NCBI GenBank assembly: GCA_003599275.1
Contig: QZJG01000065.1
Span: 1,410 to 65,409 of the forward strand
Source of the DNA: Nitrospiraceae bacterium
GTDB lineage: Bacteria; Nitrospirota; Thermodesulfovibrionia; UBA6902
DNA length: 64,000 bases
Direction: 5' to 3'
The position numbers and the translations under genes were made by a program. Positions 29,949 to 39,219 of this stretch are shown here, one piece after another. How positions within the stretch are numbered: the first letter of the stretch is position 1; the number at the start of each line of letters is the position of its first letter. The notes under the pieces were generated by a model. The model searched no databases, was not told the origin of the DNA, and saw nothing but the letters and a program-made list of their open reading frames with translations.

Positions 29949-31715
29949 TCAGGCGCAGGCGTCGTCCGCGTGGACTTTTTTGCCGGCCGCTTTGTCTCTT
30001 TTTTTCCATTCGTGCATGAAATGCGGATATGGTATCTTGGATATCACTTCCTCGACGGTCGTTGTGCCTTCCATTACTTTCTGCCAGCCGTCATCGAAAA
30101 GCGATTTTGTGCCTGATTCCCTCGCGCAATCCCACATGTCATCTATTGTGGAGCTCTTCGAGATCAGCCTCTTGAGCTTCGTATTTATCATCAATAACTC
30201 GTACACGCCAATCCTGCCTTTATACCCTGTATTGTTGCATTTGTCGCAGCCTGCCCCTTTATAGTAGGTCTTTGCCGGCGTAACATTGAATCTCGTCAAT
30301 TCCACGGGGGGGAGGGTCTCGACCTTGCAGTTATTGCAGATCTTCCTGATCAGCCTCTGGGCGATGACGCCTGTGACAGCGGCGGTCACCAGGAACGGCT
30401 CCAGGCCGATATCTATCAGCCGGGAGATAGTGGAAACGGTATCATTGGTATGCACCGTGCTCAGGACAAGGTGCCCTGTCAGGGCGGCCCTCGCGGCTAT
30501 CTCCGCAGTATCGAGGTCCCTGACCTCGCCGACCATTACGATATCGGGGTCCTGTCTCAGCACCGAGCGCAGGGCATTGGGAAATGTGAAGCCGATGCCG
30601 TCGTTTATCCCGACCTGTGTTATTTCGGCAAGCTTGTATTCCACAGGGTCTTCAAGCGTGACAATGTTTTTTGTCTCGGTCCTGAGCTGTTGAAGCACCG
30701 AATAAAGTGTTGTCGTCTTTCCGCTTCCGGTCGGGCCTGTGACCAGGAGCATTCCCTGCGGCTGACTGATGATATCGAGGAGGGGAGTCAGCAGGTAATC
30801 GGATATGCCTAATTGAGCGAGAGGGATCAGCCCCGTCGTAGGATCGAGGAGCCTGATGACGATCTTTTCCCCGTAAATAGAAGGCAAGGTCGATATCCTG
30901 AGATCGACATTTTTGTCCTGGAGGCGTAAAGCGCTCCTGCCGTCCTGGGGATATCTCCTGTTCGTTATATCGAGATTGGAAATGATCTTTATCCTCGAAA
31001 TTACGGCATCCTGTATCTGCTTTGGATAGCTTTGTATGTTCTTCAGTATCCCGTCAATCCTGTAGCGCACCTGCACGCTGCCTTCGCGCGGCTCGATATG
31101 GATATCGCTTGCGTCGTATTTTACGGCATCGGCTATGAGCATGGTCACAAGCTTCACTATCGGCGGGGCCTCGCTGTCTTTGAATATGGACTGAAAGCTG
31201 ACCGTCTGTGTATCGCTGACTTCTTCCTTGACAAATTCGACGTTGTCGTATGCAGGCAGCTCCTTGAGTACGTCCCATGTATCAGCGGAGGAGCCGTAAA
31301 GATGCTCTATAGCGTTGAGGATGCTGTATTCTGATGAGACTGCCACCATTACCTTGAGTCCGGTCTCAAATGAGATGTCCTCTATTGTCTCCCAGTCAAG
31401 GGGGTTGGCCATCGCTAACATCAGGCTCTTTCCCTTCATCTCAAGCGGCAGGACCAGCTTTTTCTCCGCGACCTCTTTCGGGACCAAAGAAAGCACCTCC
31501 GCGGAAGGTGAGTAGTCACTACAATCGACTAATTGAAGGGAAAGCTGTTTTGTGATGGCCTCGGCGACCTGCACGTCGTTAACATAACCCAGCTCGATAA
31601 GGACCTTGCCGAGCTTCTTGTTCCTGCCCTTCTGGGCAAGAAGGGCGCTGTCAAGCTGTTCCTGAGTTATCAGCTCAGCTTCAAGAAGTATTTCACCCAG
31701 TTTCTTCTTTCTCAT
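29949..31715 (-). CDS. GspE/PilB-family secretion ATPase with N-terminal MshEN-type (c-di-GMP-binding) domain
   Basis: Walker A GPTGSGKTTTLY and tetracysteine CNNCK...CDKCNNTG. The N-terminus has two 24-residue KLGEILLEAELITQEQLDSALLAQ / KLGKVLIELGYVNDVQVAEAITKQ repeats that match the MshEN motif. Confidence 0.8.
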   Translation of the reverse strand: MRKKKLGEILLEAELITQEQLDSALLAQKGRNKKLGKVLIELGYVNDVQVAEAITKQLSLQLVDCSDYSPSAEVLSLVPKEVAEKKLVLPLEMKGKSLMLAMANPLDWETIEDISFETGLKVMVAVSSEYSILNAIEHLYGSSADTWDVLKELPAYDNVEFVKEEVSDTQTVSFQSIFKDSEAPPIVKLVTMLIADAVKYDASDIHIEPREGSVQVRYRIDGILKNIQSYPKQIQDAVISRIKIISNLDITNRRYPQDGRSALRLQDKNVDLRISTLPSIYGEKIVIRLLDPTTGLIPLAQLGISDYLLTPLLDIISQPQGMLLVTGPTGSGKTTTLYSVLQQLRTETKNIVTLEDPVEYKLAEITQVGINDGIGFTFPNALRSVLRQDPDIVMVGEVRDLDTAEIAARAALTGHLVLSTVHTNDTVSTISRLIDIGLEPFLVTAAVTGVIAQRLIRKICNNCKVETLPPVELTRFNVTPAKTYYKGAGCDKCNNTGYKGRIGVYELLMINTKLKRLISKSSTIDDMWDCARESGTKSLFDDGWQKVMEGTTTVEEVISKIPYPHFMHEWKKRDKAAGKKVHADDACA

Positions 31716-31828
31716 ACGGATTGCCTGCTATTAATATCGGTCAATCCGGGCGTAAGCTTGAGCCCTGGTTATTTATGAAATCGTGCCTGCTCTGCAGAAA
31801 AATCTATGAATAATAATGCGGGCAAAGG

Positions 31829-33079
31829 TCACAGGGGACTAACTACGGAGGATTTGGCGATGAATTGCTTTAGGGAGGCGCTCGTACTCTCGTTCTCGTC
31901 CATTTCGACGAATTTCAGGCCCGATTCATAATCGGGCTGCCCGATTATTGTCCCCATTAAATAAGACCAGACCGTCTCGCCTCTTAGTGAAATCTTGTCT
32001 GACTCTGACGGCAGACTGAGCTCATGACGGCCTCCGGTCGCCATGAGTTTCCGGGTCTTCAGACATATGCCGTCCGCGCTTATGTCTATGACCCTGACTT
32101 TTTCCGAGTCGTCAAGCGTGACCCAGCAATTATCGCAGGCTGAGCGGACATGTTTACGTCTTTCCGTGCCGGCGGCCTCAGGCGGCTTTATCACTTCCCT
32201 CCGGGGGACGTGAGTTTTTATCTCTTCACGGATTAATTCGGCTGCATGGGAGAGGAGCTCATCCAGAGAGGACGGATACTCCGGGTCGTATCGGGCAATC
32301 CCCATGCTGGTCAGAAGTTTATAACTCCGGCCGCCCTGTTCGTTGTAGATCTGCAGGTTTTCCTGAAGATGCCCGGTTATTATGTTTTTAATGTCCGGCT
32401 CGGTCGGTCCCTCAAGGAGGACAACGAATTTGTCGCTTTCGATACGGCCTATTATGTCGGCTTCACGGAAAGTCCTTTTGAGGATATTGGCCATATCGAC
32501 CAGGGCCTGATCACCGGCCTCGCGTCCAAGCCTCTCGTTAATATCTTTCATGCCGTAAAGGTCCAGACAGAGCAGATACTGTCTTTTCTTGGTCCGGCTC
32601 GCCTGTTTGAACTGCTGTTCCGAGAGGGTGAAGAACCCGCGCCGGTCCGGAAGTCCGGTCAGGCTGTCGGTTATCGCCGTCTCCCTCAGCGTCTCCTCAT
32701 TGCGCCTGAGATCAGTAATGTCCCTGACAGCCTCGACTATTGCCACAATGTCCCCTTTGGTATCTTTTAAGGGTGCAGCGGTAAATTCAAATACCGATAA
32801 CCCTTTCCCGGTCTGAATGCTCTTTTCAGCCTTTTGGACAGAGCCGTTTTTAATGGTCAGGGCCGACGAACAATCCTCGCATGCGCCATCCTTTCCCTCA
32901 TATGCCTTCCGGCAATATTCTCCTGCCATCTCCCCGAAGAAATTTCTGTGGACATTGTTCTGATAAATAATCCGGAGGTCTGAGCCATGAACGCTGATGC
33001 CCTGTCCCGTCGCCTCATAAATATCGGAAAGAGTGAGGCTGTTTATGAACTGATTAATAACCCTGGTCCCTTTCTTCAT
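31829..33079 (-). CDS. PAS - degenerate GGDEF - PilZ c-di-GMP receptor protein
   Basis: The GGDEF-fold has active site RIESDKFVV in place of GG[DE]EF. C-terminal PilZ has RRKHVR ... DISADG. The start was set at ATG 33077-33079 (RBS GAGG); the ORF is open to 33220. Confidence 0.7.
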   Translation of the reverse strand: MKKGTRVINQFINSLTLSDIYEATGQGISVHGSDLRIIYQNNVHRNFFGEMAGEYCRKAYEGKDGACEDCSSALTIKNGSVQKAEKSIQTGKGLSVFEFTAAPLKDTKGDIVAIVEAVRDITDLRRNEETLRETAITDSLTGLPDRRGFFTLSEQQFKQASRTKKRQYLLCLDLYGMKDINERLGREAGDQALVDMANILKRTFREADIIGRIESDKFVVLLEGPTEPDIKNIITGHLQENLQIYNEQGGRSYKLLTSMGIARYDPEYPSSLDELLSHAAELIREEIKTHVPRREVIKPPEAAGTERRKHVRSACDNCWVTLDDSEKVRVIDISADGICLKTRKLMATGGRHELSLPSESDKISLRGETVWSYLMGTIIGQPDYESGLKFVEMDENESTSASLKQFIAKSSVVSPL

Positions 33080-33279
33080 TTTATGCCTCTGATTCCAAGT
33101 ATAGCAGGGCCCCGGTAAAAAGCAAGCGGGCAGGGGCAGACGCCGCATGGGCCGTGGTAAGGCCCGATCGGACTCAATCCGTAACACTGTCCGCCCGACC
33201 TCAATTAGGTATTTGCGCAACCGCGCAAATTTAAATTATTTATACCCGCTATAAGAAAATGAAAAAAATGAAAAAAGAG

Positions 33280-33308
33280 TTGACATTGTGACGTTGTCCC
33301 ATTATTGT
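33280..33308 (+). promoter_or_regulatory. Sigma-70-like promoter (TTGACA-N17-TATTGT)
   Basis: -35 TTGACA at 33280-33285, a 17-bp spacer, then -10 TATTGT at 33303-33308. It lies upstream of the secreted-protein gene cluster. Confidence 0.45.
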
Positions 33309-33487
33309 TTTATATCAGCTTTTCTTTTAATTCCTTTGAACTGAAATGAGGGACCGTCGTCTTGCGGTATTTTATGCTTCGTGGCAGTTCAAAGAGAAAG
33401 GGGGTAAGGATACAAGCGGACATAAAAACTTCCTTTACGGAAATATGTTTCGCTCGGAACAGAATTAAAAATCAGGGAGGTTTATTT

Positions 33488-33841
33488 ATGAGGGAGATTA
33501 TACAGAGGAACGTTTTTACCAAACAATTTTTCATTGGACTGATGTTTGGCCTGACGACGTTGATATCGATGCTTCCAGTAAGCGCCAATGCAATTGTTGG
33601 TTGCTCTCCGGGGTCTGCTGAAATCTGCACCGGGAACAGCGGGTCTGAGATCATTGCCCCCGATGTCTCCGGCTGTGTCGAGCTTCAGGGCTCTCCTTTG
33701 GCCGGCAGCACGGTCATTCTTAAACAGGCCGGCGAATTAAACCAGACTACGACAACAGACGCCAACGGGTGTTATGAATTTCCAACTGCCGTATCGGGTA
33801 AAAAATTCAAGGTGCTGATCAAGGGCCCTGTGGCGCCTTAA
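33488..33841 (+). CDS. Small secreted protein with carboxypeptidase-regulatory-like (CarbopepD_reg/Cna-B-like) beta domain
   Basis: Signal peptide. The C-terminal 55 aa (CVELQGSPLAGSTVILKQAGELNQTTTTDANGCYEFP...KFKVLIKGPVAP) is about 60% identical to the C-terminus of the 34152 protein. Confidence 0.6.
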   Translation: MREIIQRNVFTKQFFIGLMFGLTTLISMLPVSANAIVGCSPGSAEICTGNSGSEIIAPDVSGCVELQGSPLAGSTVILKQAGELNQTTTTDANGCYEFPTAVSGKKFKVLIKGPVAP

Positions 33842-33874
33842 CAAACTGACTTAAGCTGAATATTCTTCTGAAAG

Positions 33875-34132
33875 ATGAAGCGTTATATTTTTGTTGTGTT
33901 GCTAATAAGCGGAATAATTATTAGCGCATGTGACCACACCGGGTTGAAAGGGGAGCAAGAGCCGGGGATGAAAGAAGATGGAAGCGGTCGAATATGCATC
34001 CGCGATGCGGACTGTGAAAAAGATCACTCGTGCTGGTATAAAATTCCCCGAGGGCCGTTGCCCGGAATTCCGGGCTCTGAAGAAAACCCCGGAACGTGCT
34101 GGAGTAATGACATAATAAATCGCACTGAATGA
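33875..34132 (+). CDS. Small Cys-rich lipoprotein
   Basis: Lipobox IISAC; six Cys; RBS present. Confidence 0.45.
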   Translation: MKRYIFVVLLISGIIISACDHTGLKGEQEPGMKEDGSGRICIRDADCEKDHSCWYKIPRGPLPGIPGSEENPGTCWSNDIINRTE

Positions 34133-34151
34133 AAAAGGAGGAGGTCATCTT

Positions 34152-35876
34152 ATGAAAAAGTTGTTTCTGACAATTATTGCAGTCGCGGCTTTAACTGCCT
34201 TTATGCCGTGGCAGGAAGCATATGCTGAAAAGCCTGACGGGTGCAGCCTGCTCAACAATCCGGAGATCAGGGCAGGTATGAGTAATGCACTTGAAATGAA
34301 ACTGATGGTGCAGTGCGGCGAGATATCGCAGGAGGAGCTGGACCAGCGCCGCAGCGAAGTGACGGGAGACTCATCAATAAAACCTCTCGGCGCAGACATC
34401 CCGGTCAGTAATCCGGCCATGGATACAGGCGGGACTACTCAGAGTGAATCCTCTATTGTAGTTGTCGGCAATGTTGTTTGCGCTGCCTGGAACGACAGCG
34501 GTGAGGGTTATGGGGCCAACGGCTTCAGCGGTTTTGCATCCTCAGGTAACGGAGGTCTTACCTTCACCGATCACGGACCCTTTCCCACCGGGACCGGCTC
34601 TGATAAAAACTGGGGCGATCCCAGTCTGGCTTACAGCGTAAGAGACAGCGCCTTTTATTATGCTGCACTGAGTGATCAAGGCCTTTCTTTGTGGAAATCC
34701 ACAAACAGTTGCCAATCTTTCAGTTATGTAGGCCCCATACATGTCGGAAGCGGAGACGACAAGGAGTTGATGGCTGTTGATAATAACCCTTCCAGCCCTT
34801 ATTACGGCCGCATATATGTCGGCTGGACCAATTTTTCACTCGGCGCCAATAGAAACCAGACAACGTATTCTAATAATGGCGGGGCTTCATGGTCTGCAGC
34901 CGTATCTTTACCCAGTTCAGGGGTAAACGGGCAGGGCATGTGGCCTGCGGTCGCACCGAATGGTGATGTATATTTCGCCGTGTTGAACCGGGCATCTTCC
35001 ATTGGAGGTCTGCAGGACCAGTGGGTTTACAAATCCACTAACGGCGGCGTGTCCTGGACCAAAATGACCAATATCGGCACCGGCCAGTTGCGGCCCGAGA
35101 ATGCTGCGAGCTCATCGGCTTGCGGGCGACAGGCGCTGAATGCGGACATTCGTAACCTGTCATCGCCGCAGATAGCCATCCACGCTGACGCTGCGGCCCC
35201 GGCCGGTTACGTGGTCCATGCCATTTATCCCTATGACTCGGACGGCGCCGGCGCGGATCAGTCAAATGTCTTCTACCGCAGATCGACCGACGGCGCTGTA
35301 AGCTGGTCAGCCGAAGTCAAGCTCAACGATGATGGGACCAGCAGGGACCAGTGGTTCCCTGCCATTGCGGTCAATTCAAATGGCGCGGTAGCGGCCTCCT
35401 GGTATGACAGGCGTCTCGATACGGGTAACGTGAATTTTGACCGTTATGCCGCAATATCAATGGATGGCGGCCTGACATGGAGCTCAAATGTCAGGATCAG
35501 CGACGTCTCCTCGCCCGTGTCTACAAACAGACCGCACTTCGACGGTCTGGCCACATGCTATCACGGCGATTACGATCAGGTGGTTGTCGATGCCAATAAG
35601 GTACATATATTATGGTCCGATGACAGACGCATCACGGCAACCGGCCCTAACCCGGACATGTACTATGACCAATTGACTCTCGGCGTTATCGTTCCTGATG
35701 TTTGGGGAAACATTAATCTGCAGGGTTCGCCTGTTGCCGGCAGCAAGGTCATACTTAAGCAGACAGGGGAGCTTAACCAGACTATAAAGACCGATTCGGG
35801 CGGGGAATATAAGTTCAATTCAGTTGTCCCCGGCAAGAAGTTCAAGATAATTATCAACGGCCCGGTTGTCCCTTGA
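34152..35876 (+). CDS. Secreted BNR/Asp-box repeat (sialidase-fold) protein with C-terminal CarbopepD_reg-like domain
   Basis: Signal peptide. Five SxDGGxSW-type Asp-boxes: SNNGGASW, STNGGVSW, STDGAVSW, SMDGGLTW, and others. Confidence 0.75.
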   Translation: MKKLFLTIIAVAALTAFMPWQEAYAEKPDGCSLLNNPEIRAGMSNALEMKLMVQCGEISQEELDQRRSEVTGDSSIKPLGADIPVSNPAMDTGGTTQSESSIVVVGNVVCAAWNDSGEGYGANGFSGFASSGNGGLTFTDHGPFPTGTGSDKNWGDPSLAYSVRDSAFYYAALSDQGLSLWKSTNSCQSFSYVGPIHVGSGDDKELMAVDNNPSSPYYGRIYVGWTNFSLGANRNQTTYSNNGGASWSAAVSLPSSGVNGQGMWPAVAPNGDVYFAVLNRASSIGGLQDQWVYKSTNGGVSWTKMTNIGTGQLRPENAASSSACGRQALNADIRNLSSPQIAIHADAAAPAGYVVHAIYPYDSDGAGADQSNVFYRRSTDGAVSWSAEVKLNDDGTSRDQWFPAIAVNSNGAVAASWYDRRLDTGNVNFDRYAAISMDGGLTWSSNVRISDVSSPVSTNRPHFDGLATCYHGDYDQVVVDANKVHILWSDDRRITATGPNPDMYYDQLTLGVIVPDVWGNINLQGSPVAGSKVILKQTGELNQTIKTDSGGEYKFNSVVPGKKFKIIINGPVVP

Positions 35877-35885
35877 TTCTGTAAT

Positions 35886-35931
35886 GTCCACCTCCCCGCT
35901 GTTCGAGATCAGGGGAGGTGGACATTTGTTT
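35886..35931 (+). terminator. Rho-independent terminator
   Basis: TGTCCACCTCCCC ... GGGGAGGTGGACA followed by TTTGTTT. Confidence 0.7.
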
Positions 35932-36014
35932 ATCTTCCGATACCGGAACCATAAATATCTTTGCCAAAAAACTTTCGGCTAATTATACTATTCATCATTT
36001 AAGCTGGTCCCGGA

Positions 36015-36884
36015 ATGCAAATCATCACTGCCATAGAAGACATGCAGGCATTGAGCAGCAGGCTCTTGTCGGAGAAAAAAAACATCGGCCTGGTCCCTAC
36101 GATGGGGGCATTGCATGAAGGTCATCTGGGTCTTGTAAGGCGCTCAAAAGATGAAAACGATTTTACGGTTGTCAGCATATTTGTAAATCCGTCACAGTTC
36201 GGGCCGAATGAGGATTTCAACGAGTATCCTCGCGACACGGAAGGAGATTTGGACAAACTCTCTCCTTGCAAGGTTGACGCTGTTTTTATTCCCGGTGCTG
36301 ATGAGATGTATCCGGAAGGTTTTTCCACTTCGATCAACATCGGCAATATCGGAACAATACTTTGCGGAGCGTCAAGGCCGGGGCACTTCAACGGCGTGGC
36401 AACGGTGGTCGCAAAGCTTTTCAACATTGTCATGCCCGGCAGGGCGTATTTCGGTCAGAAGGACTTTCAGCAGACGGTTGTTATCGGGAAGTTGGTCCGT
36501 GAACTGGATTTCGGCGTTGATATTGTTGTATGCCCCACAGTCAGGGGACCCGACGGGCTTGCGATGAGTTCGAGAAACGGTTATTTGAGCGATGAAGAAA
36601 GAAAGGCGGCCCCGATTTTGTATAAAGCGCTAAAGTTCGGGGAGGAGCTTATTGTATCCAATGGTATTGTTAATGCGGTATTAATCAAAGAGGAAATGCG
36701 AAAGCTCATTCACACCGAACCGCTTGCAGCCGCCGACTACGTCGAGATCGTCACCTTGGGCCGGCTTGAGGGAGTGGAGAAAATTGAGCTGCCCGTGGCA
36801 ATATGTATTGCCGTGAAAATAGGGAAGACAAGACTGATCGATAATATTGTCGTGGAGAAAAAGCAGGTGGAGGACGTCCGTTGA
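36015..36884 (+). CDS. panC: Pantoate--beta-alanine ligase PanC
   Basis: VPTMGALHEGHLGLV (HIGH-like motif) and VSIFVNPSQFGPNEDF. Confidence 0.85.
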   Translation: MQIITAIEDMQALSSRLLSEKKNIGLVPTMGALHEGHLGLVRRSKDENDFTVVSIFVNPSQFGPNEDFNEYPRDTEGDLDKLSPCKVDAVFIPGADEMYPEGFSTSINIGNIGTILCGASRPGHFNGVATVVAKLFNIVMPGRAYFGQKDFQQTVVIGKLVRELDFGVDIVVCPTVRGPDGLAMSSRNGYLSDEERKAAPILYKALKFGEELIVSNGIVNAVLIKEEMRKLIHTEPLAAADYVEIVTLGRLEGVEKIELPVAICIAVKIGKTRLIDNIVVEKKQVEDVR

Positions 36885-37354
36885 CAGAGCGCAAAAATGA
36901 GATACTGGAGCTTGCTTCCGGATTTGTCAGTCTGGCTGAACAACAGCTTGACACCGGGCATAAGACAATTTCAAAGGAGGCGGAAGATTTCCTCCTTAAT
37001 AACGATTGGCCCGGCGGGGATAAAGAACTTGAGACCGCTGTAAAAAGGGCATGTATTATGTCGGACGGCCCGGTCCTTCAGATTGAGGATTTCGATCTGA
37101 AACAGGGGAAGGTAAAGTCCATCGGAAAATTCGTTGAAACCAGGCTGACGGGCTTTATGCGGAACATTAACCGGTTCGAAAAATTCAACCTTTACGATAT
37201 GGTCATCCCCGAGGTCGAAAAGTCTCTCATATTGATGGTATTGAAAGAGACAAAGGGAAACCAGATAAAGGCCTCAAGGCTGCTCGGCATAAACCGCAAT
37301 ACATTGCGAAGCAAGATAAGGATCCTGAAGATAAAATTAAAAGATTTGAAGTAG
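36881..37354 (+). CDS. Truncated sigma-54-activator-like protein: C-terminal end of the AAA+ domain plus Fis-type HTH only
   Basis: WPGGDKELETAVKRACIMS resembles the WPGNVRELEN tail of the sigma-54 interaction domain. HTH NQIKASRLLGINRNTLRSKIR. No Walker motifs. Confidence 0.5.
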   Translation: MTERKNEILELASGFVSLAEQQLDTGHKTISKEAEDFLLNNDWPGGDKELETAVKRACIMSDGPVLQIEDFDLKQGKVKSIGKFVETRLTGFMRNINRFEKFNLYDMVIPEVEKSLILMVLKETKGNQIKASRLLGINRNTLRSKIRILKIKLKDLK

Positions 37355-37392
37355 GGGCGGTTTTGAAACCCGCCCCTGCAAGACCATAATTA

Positions 37393-37830
37393 TTAAATCT
37401 TCAGCAGCACCATCCCTGAAACAGGGTCAATCTCCCTCTCGGCGGTAATTCCTTCCATCTCTATAATGACAGCTTCAAGCACGAGGAAGGTCTCTGATTT
37501 TTCCCTGAGGCATCCGACCTTGACCATGTCCTTCTTGCCAAAGGCGCCGTGGAAGTGGAGCTTCGGTCCATCCTTCAGCCAGAAGATGGTCCCAAGTCCG
37601 ACGACCTCATGAATTTCCCCGAGCTGTTTCCACACAGGGACCGGTGGAAACTCATCTTTGTCCGGGCCGACGACGATTTTCCCTTCGCGCATCCCGCCGA
37701 TGAGATAGAAAACTGCGGCCCTGATATTTTCTTTTTTTGCGATGTCCTCCAGGTTCCCGATCACATCTTCCCTGTCTTCGAATCTTGCGACAACTACCCG
37801 TCCTGTCCTGCCGATCTGGTATTTCATCAT
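37393..37830 (-). CDS. PPC/DUF296 domain protein
   Basis: Size and pattern (GRVVVARFEDREDVIGNLEDIAKKENIRAAVFYLIGGM...LKDGPKLHFHGAFG) match the DUF296/PCC family. Confidence 0.5.
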   Translation of the reverse strand: MMKYQIGRTGRVVVARFEDREDVIGNLEDIAKKENIRAAVFYLIGGMREGKIVVGPDKDEFPPVPVWKQLGEIHEVVGLGTIFWLKDGPKLHFHGAFGKKDMVKVGCLREKSETFLVLEAVIIEMEGITAEREIDPVSGMVLLKI

Positions 37831-38112
37831 GCCTCCTTCGATATTTCAATAGCCTTCATTTATACCATAAGTAATTTTATTTTTTAAACTCATTAACTCC
37901 GCAAAAATCAAAGAAATTGATATTCCTGTAGCAAGCTACAGGGAATCTAATGTAAGGAATATATTTCATTTCATTCGCTCGCTTGCCTCCCCAGCAAGCT
38001 GAGGGGAATACACTCGCTATCCATTTGTTGACAACTGCCGTGATTTATGATAAAAACGTAGGTAACTAAATATCCCCGGGCTGCATATTTTTTAACAAAA
38101 GGAGGTGGCTGA

Positions 38113-39219
38113 ATGAAATTTTTATCTGACGATTCACTTGATGAAGGACCGGAATCAATGGTTGCAATCGGCGATAAAAAAGTATCGCGCAGGGACTTTA
38201 TGAAGTTTTGCACTGCGATGGCTGCCGTTCTCGCCTTGCCGGAGACATTTGCGGGCACAATAGCCGAGGCCATTGAGAAGAAGCAGAGGCCGTATGTCGT
38301 GTGGCTGGAGTTCCAGGATTGCGCAGGTGATTCCGAATCAATGCTGAGGGCCAGCAAACCGACGATTTCCCAGATAGTGTTAGATGTGATTTCCCTCGAT
38401 TATCATGAGACGATTATGGCGCCCTCCGGGAAGCAGGCCGAGAAATCGCTCATGGACGTTGTAAAAAATCAGAAGGGCAAATATATTGCGATAGTCGAGG
38501 GCGCGATACCCTTGAAGGACGGAGGAGTCTACTGTTGCATCGGCGGCAGGACGGCCCTCGATATAGCAAAGGAAGTGTGCGGCAACGCCGCCTTTACAAT
38601 CAATGTAGGTTCCTGCTCCTGCTGGGGAGGCATAGCCAGCGCGAACCCCAATCCCACGGGCGCGGTAGGCGTCGGAGAGGCAGTCCCCGGAATTACTTAT
38701 GTAAATCTTCCAGGCTGCCCGATGAATGTCGAGAACGTAACGGCCACGATAGTCCATTATCTTACTTTCGGGAACCTGCCCGTACTTGACTCCCGTCATC
38801 GTCCTTACTTCGCGCATGGAAAGACAGTGCACGAGAACTGCGAACGCAGGGCGCATTATGACGCGGGGCAGTTTGTTCGCCAATGGGGAGATGAGGGACA
38901 CAGGCAGGGGTGGTGTCTCTATGAGATGGGCTGCAAGGGGCCTGTTGCTCACTTTAACTGTCCCTCTGTCAGGTGGAACGGCGCAACGAGCTGGCCTGTC
39001 CAGGGAGGACACGGCTGCATAGCCTGCGCCTCCGACCACAACTGGGACGTGGCGTATCCGTTTTACGGCAGGCTTCCCAAGGTGCCGGGATTCGGCATTG
39101 AAAGCACAGCAGACAAGATCGGCGCGGGACTTGCCGCCGCAACAGCCGCAGGTCTTTTGGTACATGGAATCGGCAGGGCAATATCGCCCAAAAAAGATAA
39201 GGAAGAGGGAGGTGAATGA
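38113..39219 (+). CDS. hyaA: [NiFe] hydrogenase small subunit (Tat-exported)
   Basis: Twin-arginine motif SRRDFMKF. Medial and distal cluster cysteines present ([45 protein letters not shown]). The proximal motif reads DCAGDSES instead of ECTGCSES. Confidence 0.85.
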   Translation: MKFLSDDSLDEGPESMVAIGDKKVSRRDFMKFCTAMAAVLALPETFAGTIAEAIEKKQRPYVVWLEFQDCAGDSESMLRASKPTISQIVLDVISLDYHETIMAPSGKQAEKSLMDVVKNQKGKYIAIVEGAIPLKDGGVYCCIGGRTALDIAKEVCGNAAFTINVGSCSCWGGIASANPNPTGAVGVGEAVPGITYVNLPGCPMNVENVTATIVHYLTFGNLPVLDSRHRPYFAHGKTVHENCERRAHYDAGQFVRQWGDEGHRQGWCLYEMGCKGPVAHFNCPSVRWNGATSWPVQGGHGCIACASDHNWDVAYPFYGRLPKVPGFGIESTADKIGAGLAAATAAGLLVHGIGRAISPKKDKEEGGE

